The notes under the pieces: generated by a model
Database searches by the model: none
What the model was told of the DNA's origin: nothing
The model's input: only the letters and a program-made list of their open reading frames with translations
From: a phage
Length of the DNA: 64,000 nt
Reading direction: 5' to 3' (one strand)
Sequence record: NC_100371.1
Made by a program: the position numbers and the translations under genes
Shown here: in pieces, positions 36,864 to 47,300 of the stretch
How the letters are laid out: each line of letters begins with the position of its first letter
How positions within the stretch are numbered: position 1 is the first letter of the stretch

Positions 36864-37907
36864 TTAAGCATAAGATATAGTGATCCATTGACCGTTTACA
36901 AATTTTTGAATGGCACCAGTCCAATAGTCGCCTTGATACGGGTGTTTATAGGCGTAATTGCCGGAGCACATTACATGCCCAGGGTATACTCTTGATTCTC
37001 TGTAGGTGGTTCTGAAACGGTTTGCTATCCTTACATCTTCAACACCCCTACTAGGCATAGGAATAGTAAGGTTACCACTGCTATCTGCGCTACTACCATT
37101 TACCCTGCGGACCACGTTTCTCCCACCAACTGTTGCATATTGACCCCTGGCGGTGTTATCGTTACAATCCACTCTTCCACCTATTTGAGCGCTGCCGCAG
37201 GATTGTTGTCCATTAACAGTGGCTCTTGGTATCGTTACCGCATTAGCATTTGCAGAGGAGCTTTTTGCATCATTGCATTCAAGATTCCCTTGGATAGCCA
37301 GTCTTGCACGGTTGGCAGTTATAGCATTAAGCTTCATAGCCGAAAACACAGGCTGCCCACCAGAAGGTTGAAATCTCCAACGGAAACCGTCTATTTGGTG
37401 AGAAGGATCATCAAGGTCTGTGCCGTCAGCGCCGCCGATGTTGTCCATAATCCAGAAATCCATCATCGTTTTGTCTGGAGTTATGGTGGTGTATATCGCT
37501 GCATTGTCTGTTGACGCGGATGCAAACTCGATTCTTTGAAGACCCAAAGTTTGAGTCTGGGTCATTGTGTCTCCAGTCTTGTCAACATACAGGTCATCCA
37601 TTTCTTCAGGCGAGTATACATTGAGGACTTTACGTGCAGCAGCTTTGTCTGGAACGTCTGCCAGATTATTAGTGACCCTTAAGAATCTATTATCCCATCC
37701 AGGGACAACATCTTCTGTTAAATGCTTTAGCCACGCAGAGAGCATGTGGAGTTCAAAGTTAACAACTTCACATGCTATCCTTTGTGTCATATCCCAACCT
37801 TTCAATCTCTCTTCTTTGTTCGGTTGAGACTTGTTCAACTCTCCTGTATTTTCAAGCACAACATCCTGATTGGCCCAAATATCGAGAGGGATAACTGGTT
37901 TAGTCAT
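36864..37907 (-). CDS. tail fibre protein, P2 gpH-like C-terminus (paralog 2)
   Basis: Paralog of 38923..39963 at both ends (MTKPVIPLDIW ... QKFVNGQWITISYA); C-terminus resembles the gpH-family tip. ATG 37907 with AGGAGA RBS (ORF-track GTG at 37910). Confidence 0.6.
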   Translation of the reverse strand: MTKPVIPLDIWANQDVVLENTGELNKSQPNKEERLKGWDMTQRIACEVVNFELHMLSAWLKHLTEDVVPGWDNRFLRVTNNLADVPDKAAARKVLNVYSPEEMDDLYVDKTGDTMTQTQTLGLQRIEFASASTDNAAIYTTITPDKTMMDFWIMDNIGGADGTDLDDPSHQIDGFRWRFQPSGGQPVFSAMKLNAITANRARLAIQGNLECNDAKSSSANANAVTIPRATVNGQQSCGSAQIGGRVDCNDNTARGQYATVGGRNVVRRVNGSSADSSGNLTIPMPSRGVEDVRIANRFRTTYRESRVYPGHVMCSGNYAYKHPYQGDYWTGAIQKFVNGQWITISYA

Positions 37908-37926
37908 CACATTCTCCTGAGAAAAT

Positions 37927-37989
37927 TCCTTAAGGACTATTTTAACACTTTAGAGAACAAAATGCAAGAACGGCATCCTTACCGTTCTT
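37927..37989 (-). promoter_or_regulatory. terminator hairpin followed by extended -10 promoter-like motif
   Basis: Minus strand: hairpin AAGAACGG-N8-CCGTTCTT (37966-37989) then TTGCAT-N17-TGT-TAAAAT (-10 at 37939-37944) upstream of fibre gene start 37907. Confidence 0.4.
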
Positions 37990-37997
37990 ACCTTTGT

Positions 37998-38312
37998 TTA
38001 CCTTTTACTATGCTCTACAAGCATGTGCAAAATCTTTTGTACATCAGCTCGGATACCGGAGACATCTGTCCTGACATCTTGCTTAAGGTCGTTAATATCG
38101 GCCTCTAGCTTACTTAACCGGGTCTCGATAATGGAATCAAGTCTATCTTTTGTAACCATGCTATTTTTCACTAAAATGAGGTCTTTCTCCAGCTCATCCA
38201 ACCTCTTGGAAATGCCTTTCCATTTGGTGTGCCACTGGTTGAAAGCCCATACACAGATCGGGACAACGGTACCCATGCAGATACCGTACAATGCCGCCAA
38301 ATCCAACTCCAC
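37998..38312 (-). CDS. membrane-anchored coiled-coil protein (104 aa)
   Basis: N-terminal hydrophobic segment LAALYGICMGTVVPICVWAF followed by charged helical region. Confidence 0.45.
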   Translation of the reverse strand: MELDLAALYGICMGTVVPICVWAFNQWHTKWKGISKRLDELEKDLILVKNSMVTKDRLDSIIETRLSKLEADINDLKQDVRTDVSGIRADVQKILHMLVEHSKR

Positions 38313-38323
38313 AACACCTCCTC

Positions 38324-38908
38324 TTAGAGGGTAGGTCGTTCCGGGAAGAAAATGTCAGGGGCTTTAGATGTATCTATTTCAAGAAGTTTTACCCTGTACA
38401 TTTTCAAATCTCTGATGTTGCGTTTTTGGTCATCAGTAAGATCGTATTCAAGGTCAATCATGTCTTGATAGGCACCAATTCTAGCAGTAGCCCAAGCAAG
38501 TTCTGTCTCTATGACACCCTCTGCCTGTTGAACAAAGAATTCATTGTCTGTGACAAATTCATCACCAACTAAACGCAAAGCGTCGTGGTGGAGCATAATG
38601 TTTTCTGGTACCTCTTCTTTTTTGGCGATAACCACACGAAGACCTGGAGCAGGCCACAAGGCATCAGGTTCTTCTGTAGATGTCTTAAGAATACCCTTCT
38701 CGTCAACAAGTAAGAAGATACAGCCGGGATTTTCTTGTCGCAGTGTTCGTGATTGCACATACCAATCGCCATCATCATTACGTAAAAAATATCCAGTGTA
38801 TGCTGTGTAATCCTCAACCTCCTGAGGAGTCAGCTCCTTGGTCTCCTTGTTGGTGTAGTATTCGCCAGATCCCGGTTGGTAAAGTTTAAACTCTTGAAGT
38901 ATTTTCAT
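38324..38908 (-). CDS. tail fibre assembly protein (Tfa / P2 gpG-like chaperone)
   Basis: 194 aa immediately downstream of a fibre gene; C-terminal region DQKRNIRDLKMYRVKLLEIDTSKAPDIFFPERP matches the conserved Tfa C-terminal pattern. Confidence 0.7.
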   Translation of the reverse strand: MKILQEFKLYQPGSGEYYTNKETKELTPQEVEDYTAYTGYFLRNDDGDWYVQSRTLRQENPGCIFLLVDEKGILKTSTEEPDALWPAPGLRVVIAKKEEVPENIMLHHDALRLVGDEFVTDNEFFVQQAEGVIETELAWATARIGAYQDMIDLEYDLTDDQKRNIRDLKMYRVKLLEIDTSKAPDIFFPERPTL

Positions 38909-38922
38909 GCTAGTCCTCCGAT

Positions 38923-39963
38923 CTACGCATAATTAACAGTGATCCATTGACCATTTACAAGTTTTTGTAAAGGTCCTGCCCAGTAGGTTGAACCACGCAT
39001 CTCTTTTTTATCACCAAAATGCCAACCTGTGACAACGTAGCCGTTGCGAACTGGAGATTCAGAAACACCATCAACAAGTCTTGCACCGATTCTGATATCC
39101 TGTACCCCTGTCTGCGGGATGGTGATCGTTACATCTCCGTTACCGTTAGCCGTCACTCCATTCACAGAGCGCACCACATTTCTGTTACCGACAACACAAT
39201 GCTGGCTTCTTACAACCATACTGTCACAACTTGCACCGCCATTAACATATACGGACCCAGCGGTCAACTGACTAGCCACATTACAGTTGGTGAATGTTGC
39301 TGTGCTGCTGATGGTAAGGTTGTTACACCGCATGTTATCGACAACTTCAACATTACCTACCACTTTCAACAGCGCACGGTTAGCCGTGATCGCGTTCAGG
39401 TACATCAAAGTGAACTCTGGATTAATGTCTGGCTGAGTTGGCTGGAATCTCCAACGAAACGCATCTACTGTAGATGTGCCACCATCATCAAACGCCCCAG
39501 TGTTATCACTTAACCCAAAGTCGAGAGTTGTCTTATCTGGACCAATAGTTGTCTCTATCCAAGCCTTATCTGTCTCGGCAGCTTTAAAGTTGATACGCTG
39601 CAAACCTAAGGGGCCTGTCATTGTATCGCCTGTAACTTTTACATACCTGGCGTCTGCCTCTTCCTTAGTGATAATCCCAAGGTTTCTACGGGCAACAGGA
39701 ATGTTCAAAAGATCGCTCAGGTTATTATCACGTACCAGATAACGGCCCTCTTGGGCAGGGATCTGCTCGTCAGCAATATATTTTGCCCAAGTCCCGAGCA
39801 TATTGAAAATATAGTTAAGTTCTTCACATGACGGCTTTTGACCAAGATCCCAACCTTTTCTCCACAAATCATCAATCGGGCGTAGCCTGTTCTGTCTGTG
39901 GGTGTTAGGCAGAACCTGATCCTCCTCTGCCCAAATCTCTAATGGAAAACTAGGTTTTGACAT
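38923..39963 (-). CDS. tail fibre protein, P2 gpH-like C-terminus (paralog 1)
   Basis: 346 aa; N-terminus MSKPSFPLEIW and C-terminus LQKLVNGQWITVNYA shared with 36864..37907. Confidence 0.6.
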   Translation of the reverse strand: MSKPSFPLEIWAEEDQVLPNTHRQNRLRPIDDLWRKGWDLGQKPSCEELNYIFNMLGTWAKYIADEQIPAQEGRYLVRDNNLSDLLNIPVARRNLGIITKEEADARYVKVTGDTMTGPLGLQRINFKAAETDKAWIETTIGPDKTTLDFGLSDNTGAFDDGGTSTVDAFRWRFQPTQPDINPEFTLMYLNAITANRALLKVVGNVEVVDNMRCNNLTISSTATFTNCNVASQLTAGSVYVNGGASCDSMVVRSQHCVVGNRNVVRSVNGVTANGNGDVTITIPQTGVQDIRIGARLVDGVSESPVRNGYVVTGWHFGDKKEMRGSTYWAGPLQKLVNGQWITVNYA

Positions 39964-39975
39964 TTTATCTCCTGA

Positions 39976-42048
39976 TTATGAGAAGTCTGGCGGAACAACA
40001 TCTTCTACATACCCTTTCAGAGCAACCTGCCCCATATGCAGAACAGTAGAATCTCTGGCGGTAACAGTGATGCTGTCAGACATTACTTGCGGGTATGCCC
40101 ACACATACTGTTTTACCTCAGGGTATCTATACTCTATGGTTGCCATGTTTCCGCAAATACATCTCCATAAAAATTCTTGGTAATTCCTGGTTGGGTCGTA
40201 GCCATATACCGGAGCAAGCTCTTTGCTAGGAACGAACCCTGCAAGGTATTGTATTTCAGACGGTTTCCAACCTAACTTAACGATAGGTATGTTTACAGAC
40301 TCTTTTGCCTTTTCAATACCTCCCTGCATCACCCAATCGTAGCACTCAGTGCAGAAGAAATCAAGAGCACCTGCTTCCTTTTTATATTGGTCAGCAAGGT
40401 TCAGTTTTTGCGTAAGCTCGGTTTCCATAATAGTGGGGAAAAACAGTAAAGCTGTCATCTGAGCCGATGCAGCGTGTGCTTTTATTGCCTTTGAAATGGC
40501 TGCAATACGAGCGCCAAGCTTACCACGACAAAATGCTACATACTTGTCATAAACACCGCCAGTTTTAGGATCGTCAATAGTCCCAATGTCTAGTGCATAT
40601 TCACCAGTCTCATCATAAAACGCCTGCTTTGTAGGGTAGTCATAAATACAAGGCTTACGAGTATCGGTATTGAACCACCACCACGGTTCACCAATCTGCA
40701 TAATCACTGGCAGGTTGTTTCTCATAGCGGCTGATGCAAAATTCTTAAATACTGCAGTAAGGAAATTCATGCCCTCTTCAATGGTTGGAGACAGGAGGTA
40801 ACTACAAGGCGTATAGCCTGTTTTAGCATAGTTATCGTTCCAGTCTCTCTGGGTCCATTCCAACGGACAGGCATCGCTATAAAGCTCAAAGCTTACAGAC
40901 TGCATAACGTCGAAGTCATGTCGTTTGGCATTGTACATAAAATCATCATGCCATTTATAAGCTGCAGCGTTTAGAGCTCCTGTTTTGTTTATAGACCATT
41001 GGGTTCCTGACCATGTGTAGTCATAATAATGGCTCATACCAACATAATGGTTTATGGTTCCTGTATAGCCCAGACGCTTGATATTGCTCAACACCCTTAA
41101 AGGGGATACGTTCCACATATCGTCATATGCTGTGCAGATCCCAACATCGTGTTCTTTCACCTGAATATTGTTAAGTTGCATCATTTTCCAGCCTGTGTCC
41201 GGCTGAAGAAGATCTAGACGCAACTCACACTCTACATTTTCCGTTCTCGGGTCTGTGCTATTACCTACCCAATCTTTAGGCATAAGTGGTATTAGAATCC
41301 TTCTCACCTGCCGAGGATCAACACCCATCATGTTGTTGTTCTGGTCCATCCCGACGCAGTCCTCGAAATCAATATGAATTTCTGCAACATTCTTATCCTC
41401 TGAGATGCTGACAGCATATTGAGCTAAAGGAACATAGATGATTGTACCATCAACAAGGTCTACAGTCATAATCATCTTTTCAGGGGTGGAGAAGTTGCTG
41501 GCATTGGTTATTGACATTCTGAACCAAAGCTTGGTGTTTCTCATCTCGTAGTGATCATCAAATCCAATGCCGAAATGGTCATACTTGTCAACTGTTTCCC
41601 AAATGCACCCAGCCATGCCCCCATATGTTCTTGACACTAAACGGTTAATACAGCAGTTATTATCCGCAACAATACAGGTGCTTTCAGTCTGCTGTGTGGT
41701 TGTAACCCAGTATCTTGGGTGAAACATTCTCTCCTCAACTGTATCCCAAGATATTCTGTCAAGATTCTCATCTGAAACTATTGTACATTTCGCTCTTTGT
41801 GTTCCAATCATAACCCCTTGGGAGTTTGATGAAAACTCCATAAAGAAGCTCCTTGGCAACCTGTTTGGCAATTTGTCAACAATTTCTACAGGGATCTCGA
41901 TACTGGTTGCCCCAACCGGGATAGTTACATCGCCCTCAACATGATCATAATCCCTACCCGGAACTGCAGTATCCTGAACTGTGCGGTAATGAAACCGTGC
42001 AGCCATTGTAGAGTAATCACGGTAAGGTTTAAAAACAGCTGTTGCCAT
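39976..42048 (-). CDS. baseplate-associated structural protein (possible fibre or glycan-binding/hydrolase)
   Basis: 690 aa; follows gpI-like gene; N-terminal Calx-beta-like segment (RDYDHVEGDVTIPVGATSIEIPVEIVD). Confidence 0.4.
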   Translation of the reverse strand: MATAVFKPYRDYSTMAARFHYRTVQDTAVPGRDYDHVEGDVTIPVGATSIEIPVEIVDKLPNRLPRSFFMEFSSNSQGVMIGTQRAKCTIVSDENLDRISWDTVEERMFHPRYWVTTTQQTESTCIVADNNCCINRLVSRTYGGMAGCIWETVDKYDHFGIGFDDHYEMRNTKLWFRMSITNASNFSTPEKMIMTVDLVDGTIIYVPLAQYAVSISEDKNVAEIHIDFEDCVGMDQNNNMMGVDPRQVRRILIPLMPKDWVGNSTDPRTENVECELRLDLLQPDTGWKMMQLNNIQVKEHDVGICTAYDDMWNVSPLRVLSNIKRLGYTGTINHYVGMSHYYDYTWSGTQWSINKTGALNAAAYKWHDDFMYNAKRHDFDVMQSVSFELYSDACPLEWTQRDWNDNYAKTGYTPCSYLLSPTIEEGMNFLTAVFKNFASAAMRNNLPVIMQIGEPWWWFNTDTRKPCIYDYPTKQAFYDETGEYALDIGTIDDPKTGGVYDKYVAFCRGKLGARIAAISKAIKAHAASAQMTALLFFPTIMETELTQKLNLADQYKKEAGALDFFCTECYDWVMQGGIEKAKESVNIPIVKLGWKPSEIQYLAGFVPSKELAPVYGYDPTRNYQEFLWRCICGNMATIEYRYPEVKQYVWAYPQVMSDSITVTARDSTVLHMGQVALKGYVEDVVPPDFS

Positions 42049-42734
42049 TAACCCTCCTGTCTAGTTGCGTTTACTGTAATACTTTCACAATAAATGGTTG
42101 TAGTGTCCCAATCAAGTCTTACGTCAGGAACATATAACAAAGTAGCCAGCCCACCAACCCCGAACTGATTTTCTTCCCACACTGATCCAAAGCCGAGAGC
42201 TGTAGAGTCCCCTTCAAAACCAAAAGCTTGTCCTTGCGACTCCGTAAGACGCAAATGACAAGGCAATGGCAGCATATCTAAGATTTGGTCGATAGACTGC
42301 AATATGTCAAAGCAAGTTTTTCTAATGTTTATGTCAAACCTGAAATTGTCACCTTTCCACGTATCGAAATTATCTCTTCCGAACAACTGTCGTAAGGTGG
42401 AGATGACATCTTCGCGAGTACCACCTCTTGATGATGCTGCCTGCTGAATAATCAGCGTAGCACGAAAATCCGCGTCTGAAAGACCATTCCTAAGAATACC
42501 AAGTTGATTACCAACTTCGTCAAGGTATCTCCCGCTGGCATTGTTAAGCAATCTTCCTTCAGCCAAGCCTACCAGCATTTTATCAACATTCTCCAACCTT
42601 TTAAGGTACACGGTTAAGAATGTGACTAAATTAACCTTCTCAGCCAGAAAATCCCCAGAGAGGTAATCAAGACCTCCCTGAACAAAATCTGGCAGAGTGT
42701 GGATGTGGTTGACATCCGACTTAATCTCTGCCAT
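42048..42734 (-). CDS. putative baseplate wedge protein (P2 gpI / Mu gp48-like position)
   Basis: 228 aa immediately downstream of the Baseplate_J-like gene with 1-nt overlap; assignment by synteny only. Confidence 0.35.
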   Translation of the reverse strand: MAEIKSDVNHIHTLPDFVQGGLDYLSGDFLAEKVNLVTFLTVYLKRLENVDKMLVGLAEGRLLNNASGRYLDEVGNQLGILRNGLSDADFRATLIIQQAASSRGGTREDVISTLRQLFGRDNFDTWKGDNFRFDINIRKTCFDILQSIDQILDMLPLPCHLRLTESQGQAFGFEGDSTALGFGSVWEENQFGVGGLATLLYVPDVRLDWDTTTIYCESITVNATRQEG

Positions 42735-42745
42735 ATCTCACCGCC

Positions 42746-44236
42746 TTAAATAGTTTGTTGGAAAGTTATATTACTTTCGTCTAGATCAAACACCTCAGTC
42801 ATGTTTGCAACAATATCGTTTGTGGTGTAAGCTTCATCAGAGGCCCCCACAGGTTTGACTTGAATTACAAGTCTGTTAAATCTGCCTATTGACACAGCAG
42901 CCGATGCAGCACCAACCAATTGGATATTGTACAATGTATCTGCAACATCCAGTCCGTTAACAACCTGCAAAAGAGCCTCTACAATGGCATCTTTTTCGGT
43001 TGTAGAAAGCGCAGCACCTGAGTAGGTAATTCTTACATCTAGGCGGTAGGTATTTGCCTTGGAGTAATAAATCCTTTCAGTCTGACCGTCTGATGTGGTA
43101 ATATCGTAGAAGATATTCCCATAAGTTCTGTTTGTGCAAGCTATGGTTTGATACAGCGCCTGACAGATATCCTCTGTTGCACCACCAAACACCACCACTT
43201 GAAACTTATAAGGTGGTATACCTTTCGCATCCGTTTTATCGGTGTTGTTAGAGAACACTCTTACTTTCTCAACACCCTTCACCTCGCTTACAGCGCTAAG
43301 GATTGCAGGACGGGTAGCTTTAGATGTCAACTGTTTAGTGCTGGAAGCTCTTAGGCGATACTCAGAGTCTTTCTCAACATCCCTGCCCTCATTGAATCTT
43401 TCTCGGTTGGTAAGCTTGATAAATCCACTGGGAGTAGGTGACATTGTTGTCACGGTTTCTGCCTCTCTTGACAGCTCACCCGCCTCGTTAGCGATAACAT
43501 CTAGGGTGATAGTTCTTTCCCCTACAATCGGGGATACTCTGAAATCTACCCTGCTATTAAGTCCAACTTGATCAAGATTCGAATTGTACCCTATCCACAA
43601 CGTCCCTGTCAACATATCTATCTGAATTAAATCATCATTCAGCAGGGTTGTATTATCGACAATGAATTGCTTAATCTCGCCGTAAAAGCTTGGCAAATCA
43701 GAAGAGTCCAGAGCCTTATCTGTTAAAACCAGACTTTTTGTTTTGATACTTCCGTCTGTCTGGTTGGTAATTTGAAAGTTGTATTTCCCAATTCTTAGGT
43801 CTGGAGCGTTTATTCTGTGAGCAATAAGATTTCCCGCCACCTGCACATCGTTGCTAAGAACAAAGTTGCCACTGTCCAGCGTATAAGTTTTGGAATCATA
43901 AATCATATTGTACGGCACAGTTGTATTGATTGTCAACTGGCAGGTACCTGATGATTTAGAACGGCCTCTTCGGTAAATACCCTGTCTTCCAAGAAGCTCA
44001 TCCAGGTAAATACCTTCTGCCCCATATAGCGTCTGTGATGCGTATACAGATGCTGCCATAAGAATAAGTTGATATTCTCGCTCGTTGAAAATAGTGGTCA
44101 GCTTATCTGCAACTGAGTTACTTTGTACGTTGAAGTTTTCGCCAAAAGCACGGATCAGGCTTTGCTTAGTTTCAACGATTAGGTCATTTAGGGTTGGTAT
44201 AACGAAACCAGCCTCTGTCAATCCATACTTAGCCAC
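42746..44236 (-). CDS. baseplate wedge protein, Baseplate_J-like (P2 gpJ / Mu gp47 family)
   Basis: 496 aa; N-terminal MAKYGLTEAGFVIPTLNDLIVETKQSLIRAFGENF typical of Baseplate_J proteins. Confidence 0.55.
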   Translation of the reverse strand: MAKYGLTEAGFVIPTLNDLIVETKQSLIRAFGENFNVQSNSVADKLTTIFNEREYQLILMAASVYASQTLYGAEGIYLDELLGRQGIYRRGRSKSSGTCQLTINTTVPYNMIYDSKTYTLDSGNFVLSNDVQVAGNLIAHRINAPDLRIGKYNFQITNQTDGSIKTKSLVLTDKALDSSDLPSFYGEIKQFIVDNTTLLNDDLIQIDMLTGTLWIGYNSNLDQVGLNSRVDFRVSPIVGERTITLDVIANEAGELSREAETVTTMSPTPSGFIKLTNRERFNEGRDVEKDSEYRLRASSTKQLTSKATRPAILSAVSEVKGVEKVRVFSNNTDKTDAKGIPPYKFQVVVFGGATEDICQALYQTIACTNRTYGNIFYDITTSDGQTERIYYSKANTYRLDVRITYSGAALSTTEKDAIVEALLQVVNGLDVADTLYNIQLVGAASAAVSIGRFNRLVIQVKPVGASDEAYTTNDIVANMTEVFDLDESNITFQQTI

Positions 44237-44269
44237 GTCACTCCTCCGGTATGAAAATCTCTACAAGGT

Positions 44270-44331
44270 ATTTTACCAAATTTTGTAACAATAGTCAATC
44301 TGAGCATAAAAATAAACCCCGCCGAAGCGGG
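44270..44331 (-). promoter_or_regulatory. intrinsic terminator (UUCG-loop hairpin) followed by extended -10 promoter
   Basis: Minus strand: CCCCGC-TTCG-GCGGGG (44316-44331) + U-rich tract, then TTGACT (44297-44292), 16-nt spacer, TGG-TAAAAT (-10 at 44275-44270). Confidence 0.55.
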
Positions 44332-44341
44332 GCTTTAAAGG

Positions 44342-47300
44342 TTAGTCGTGAGACTCGTTCCAAGGTCCCTGGAAGCTTGAGTTAGAACGACTAACGATCA
44401 CAGTGGGACAGGAGATTGTGACACCTGTCACGCTAGACGTTGACCACGGTGTGTAAATCTCGATAACAATGTCTATAGTTTGTTCACCCAGACCTGTTAT
44501 CCCTACCGCACACATGCCGTTGTTGTCGTTAAAATACTTCTTGCCAGCAAGGATCTGATGACCAGCTATCCATGCATTCAGCTGGGAGCTGGCAAGAGTA
44601 CCATTCAGTTTAAAGAAGAATGTTACGTTCTTACCCTGACCTGAAACGTTATCTACGTATCTCCACCTCCAACGGCAAACCCTTTGCTGGGAGTTATATA
44701 CTGGAGCACAATCTCCGTAAGTCCTGTGTGCAACGATTGCACCTTCGAACTGGTTAGCACGGATAACGGAAGCTTCTACACGTCCACGGAATGTACCTCC
44801 TGTTGCATCTATGGTCCCTCTAAAGCTACCGTTGTTGGCATAAACATCCCCACGGAAGGTACCACTGGTGGCGTTAACTGCCCCTGTGAAGTTACCTGCA
44901 CTAGCGTTAATGTTACCTTTCACCCACACATCCATAAACTGGGCGTGCCCGTTCTTGTTAATATACCAACCGTATTTGTGGTACCCATTGCCATCGTAGT
45001 TGTTTGACGAAATTTCTTGCGCGATCTTGGCAGAAGAGATCGTGCCGTTCTCTATAAAAGCGTCTTTCAAGAACGCTTGGTTGTTCTTGATTGCGAAAGC
45101 AAGGGTTGCTGTCCCATTGCCCGGGTTGTATACCGCAAAGTTGTTTGCGCTAACCATGAAATATGACTGAACTTGGCCTCCAGAGCCTTCCATGCCTAAC
45201 TGGATACCTGCCACATACTTATTCCCTGCGGAGTCTACCTGTATTTTTGTGCCCCATTGAGCATTTACTTTGCCCTCTAAGTCGGTCACAGCCTTAGATG
45301 TTGTAGCCACTGCAGCTCTGAGCTCTGACACATCCCCAACATCATCAATGATCTCCTGCTTAGCAACAGCAAGTTCTTGACGAATAGCTGACGCTGTGCC
45401 GTTAATAAGATCCACGGTTGCTTTGTTGGTATCGGAAATTGTAGCATCCAGAGCTGTCTTTGTGGAGGTCAGTTTACCATCTAAATCCTTAATCGCCTGT
45501 TTGTTGGTAGAAATCTCCCCACGTGCAGAGGTTATCTGCTCTGACAGTGCAGAGGTTTTCTGATTCAACAAATCGGTGGTGGCCTTGTTGGTATTGGCAA
45601 TCAAGGTATTGAGATCAGTTTTTGCGGTAGTTATCTTACCATCAAGGGTGGTATAGTTTTTAGATACCGTCGCGTTTGTCTGACTAATCTTTTGATCCAG
45701 GGTCTCAGAGGTCTTGTTCAAAAGATCCACTGTCGCTTTGTTGGTGCTCAGGATGCTTGCATCAAGTTCCGTTCTCTGGGTGTTGATCTTGCCATCCAGA
45801 GTTTTATCTCCGGCAAGGTATCCGCTCTCCACACCATCTATTTGTTCTACCAACTCCCCTTTGGCTGCAACCAATTTCTCGTCTAAAGCCTCTGTCTTTT
45901 TGTTCAGAAGATCAGTGGTTGCTTTATTGGTTGTCTCGATCAGGGATGCCAGTCTTCCACTTTCAGTGTTCAGATCGTTGGTGAACTTGTTCTGTGCAGC
46001 AACAAGTTTCCTATCCAGAGCTGTGATATTTCCATTGACATCCTCAAACTTCTGAGTTGTCTCTGTAACTACCGCACCTATCCTATCTCCAAGTTGTTGG
46101 AATGCCTCATCTACCCTTCCGTCCATGTACTTGTTAAGCTCTGTGACACGATTTTCAACCTCCTCGATAGAGGAATCTAAAGTGCTCATCAACTCTTTAT
46201 AAGTTTCTGTCTTTTTAAATTCAGCATCTATCTGAGGCATCAAATCTTCAATAGAGGTGTAGCAGCGTGCAGCGCATTCTACAAACTGAGAACTACCAAA
46301 AGCGTTTGTGGTTCGAATATACCAATAATAAATCTTATCGTTCTGCAGACCTTCAGATGTCCAAGTTGAACCAACACCCATACGGGTGGCTTTTGAAGTA
46401 ACGGTTGCATCACTTGTGTCCGGCAACCTTGTCATACCAGATGTCCAAAAATCATACTGGGTGCTTACACTTGCTAAGTCCCTGCTGTGCGGAATCAAGG
46501 TGATAGCAAAGTATCCCTGCTTAACTTCTACAGAAACAGGAGCTTCAGGTGCTTGAATGTTGAACTCGCAGTAGGCTTCTGGAGATACACCACCTTTATA
46601 AGATGTTGCAACCACGGTTGCTGTGTATGACCCTTTGGTCAATCCTTCTACGCGGACAAACTGCTCGACTGTTTGTGCTGTCCAAATAATCTCTCCGTTC
46701 TTTCTTACCTGCACAATATTTTGAGCATAAGTTCCAACGTTGTCCCAAGCCAAAACACCATGAGTTACTTCCCCAGCTTGAAGAACAGAGTATCTGAAGT
46801 TTTGCGGTTGAGCTACGCCGGACGGGGATATCGGAATATCCACATCTCCAGAATCCGGAAGTTGCCCTGTGGCATCATTCCACTCTTTAGCATCTTGACG
46901 GAGTTTTACCTTGACACCGCCCTTTTTGGTGAACTCCCATTCAAGAACCCTCATTTCTTGGCCCACTATACCAATACTTGGAAGGTCCATCGTAACGTAA
47001 CGCCCAGGCTTAAATTTAAAACCCCGCATATTGCAGGTTACTTCAATAATCCTGCCAGCTCTGGCACGTCTTAAGAATATTGCGGAAACACGCTGAGCCT
47101 GATAAGGACTGGTAACAAAACGATAATCTATATCAATTATCTTTCTTTCTCCGTCCTTCTCTACCCATTCAGGTACGAACACCGACGGGAAGTCTGTTTC
47201 AGAATACCCTTTGGTTGGACTGGTGAATCTTCCGGTTATTGTGTTTGATCTTTTGTCGAAGGAGGCTTCAGGATAGATCTTAACCTCACCGCAAACACAG

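Noticed and set aside
36864-39963. Possible invertible host-range segment (Mu G / P1 C-like) for the two fibre paralogs
   Set aside because: Both paralogs are in the same orientation, and no invertase/recombinase gene or flanking inverted repeats were seen.
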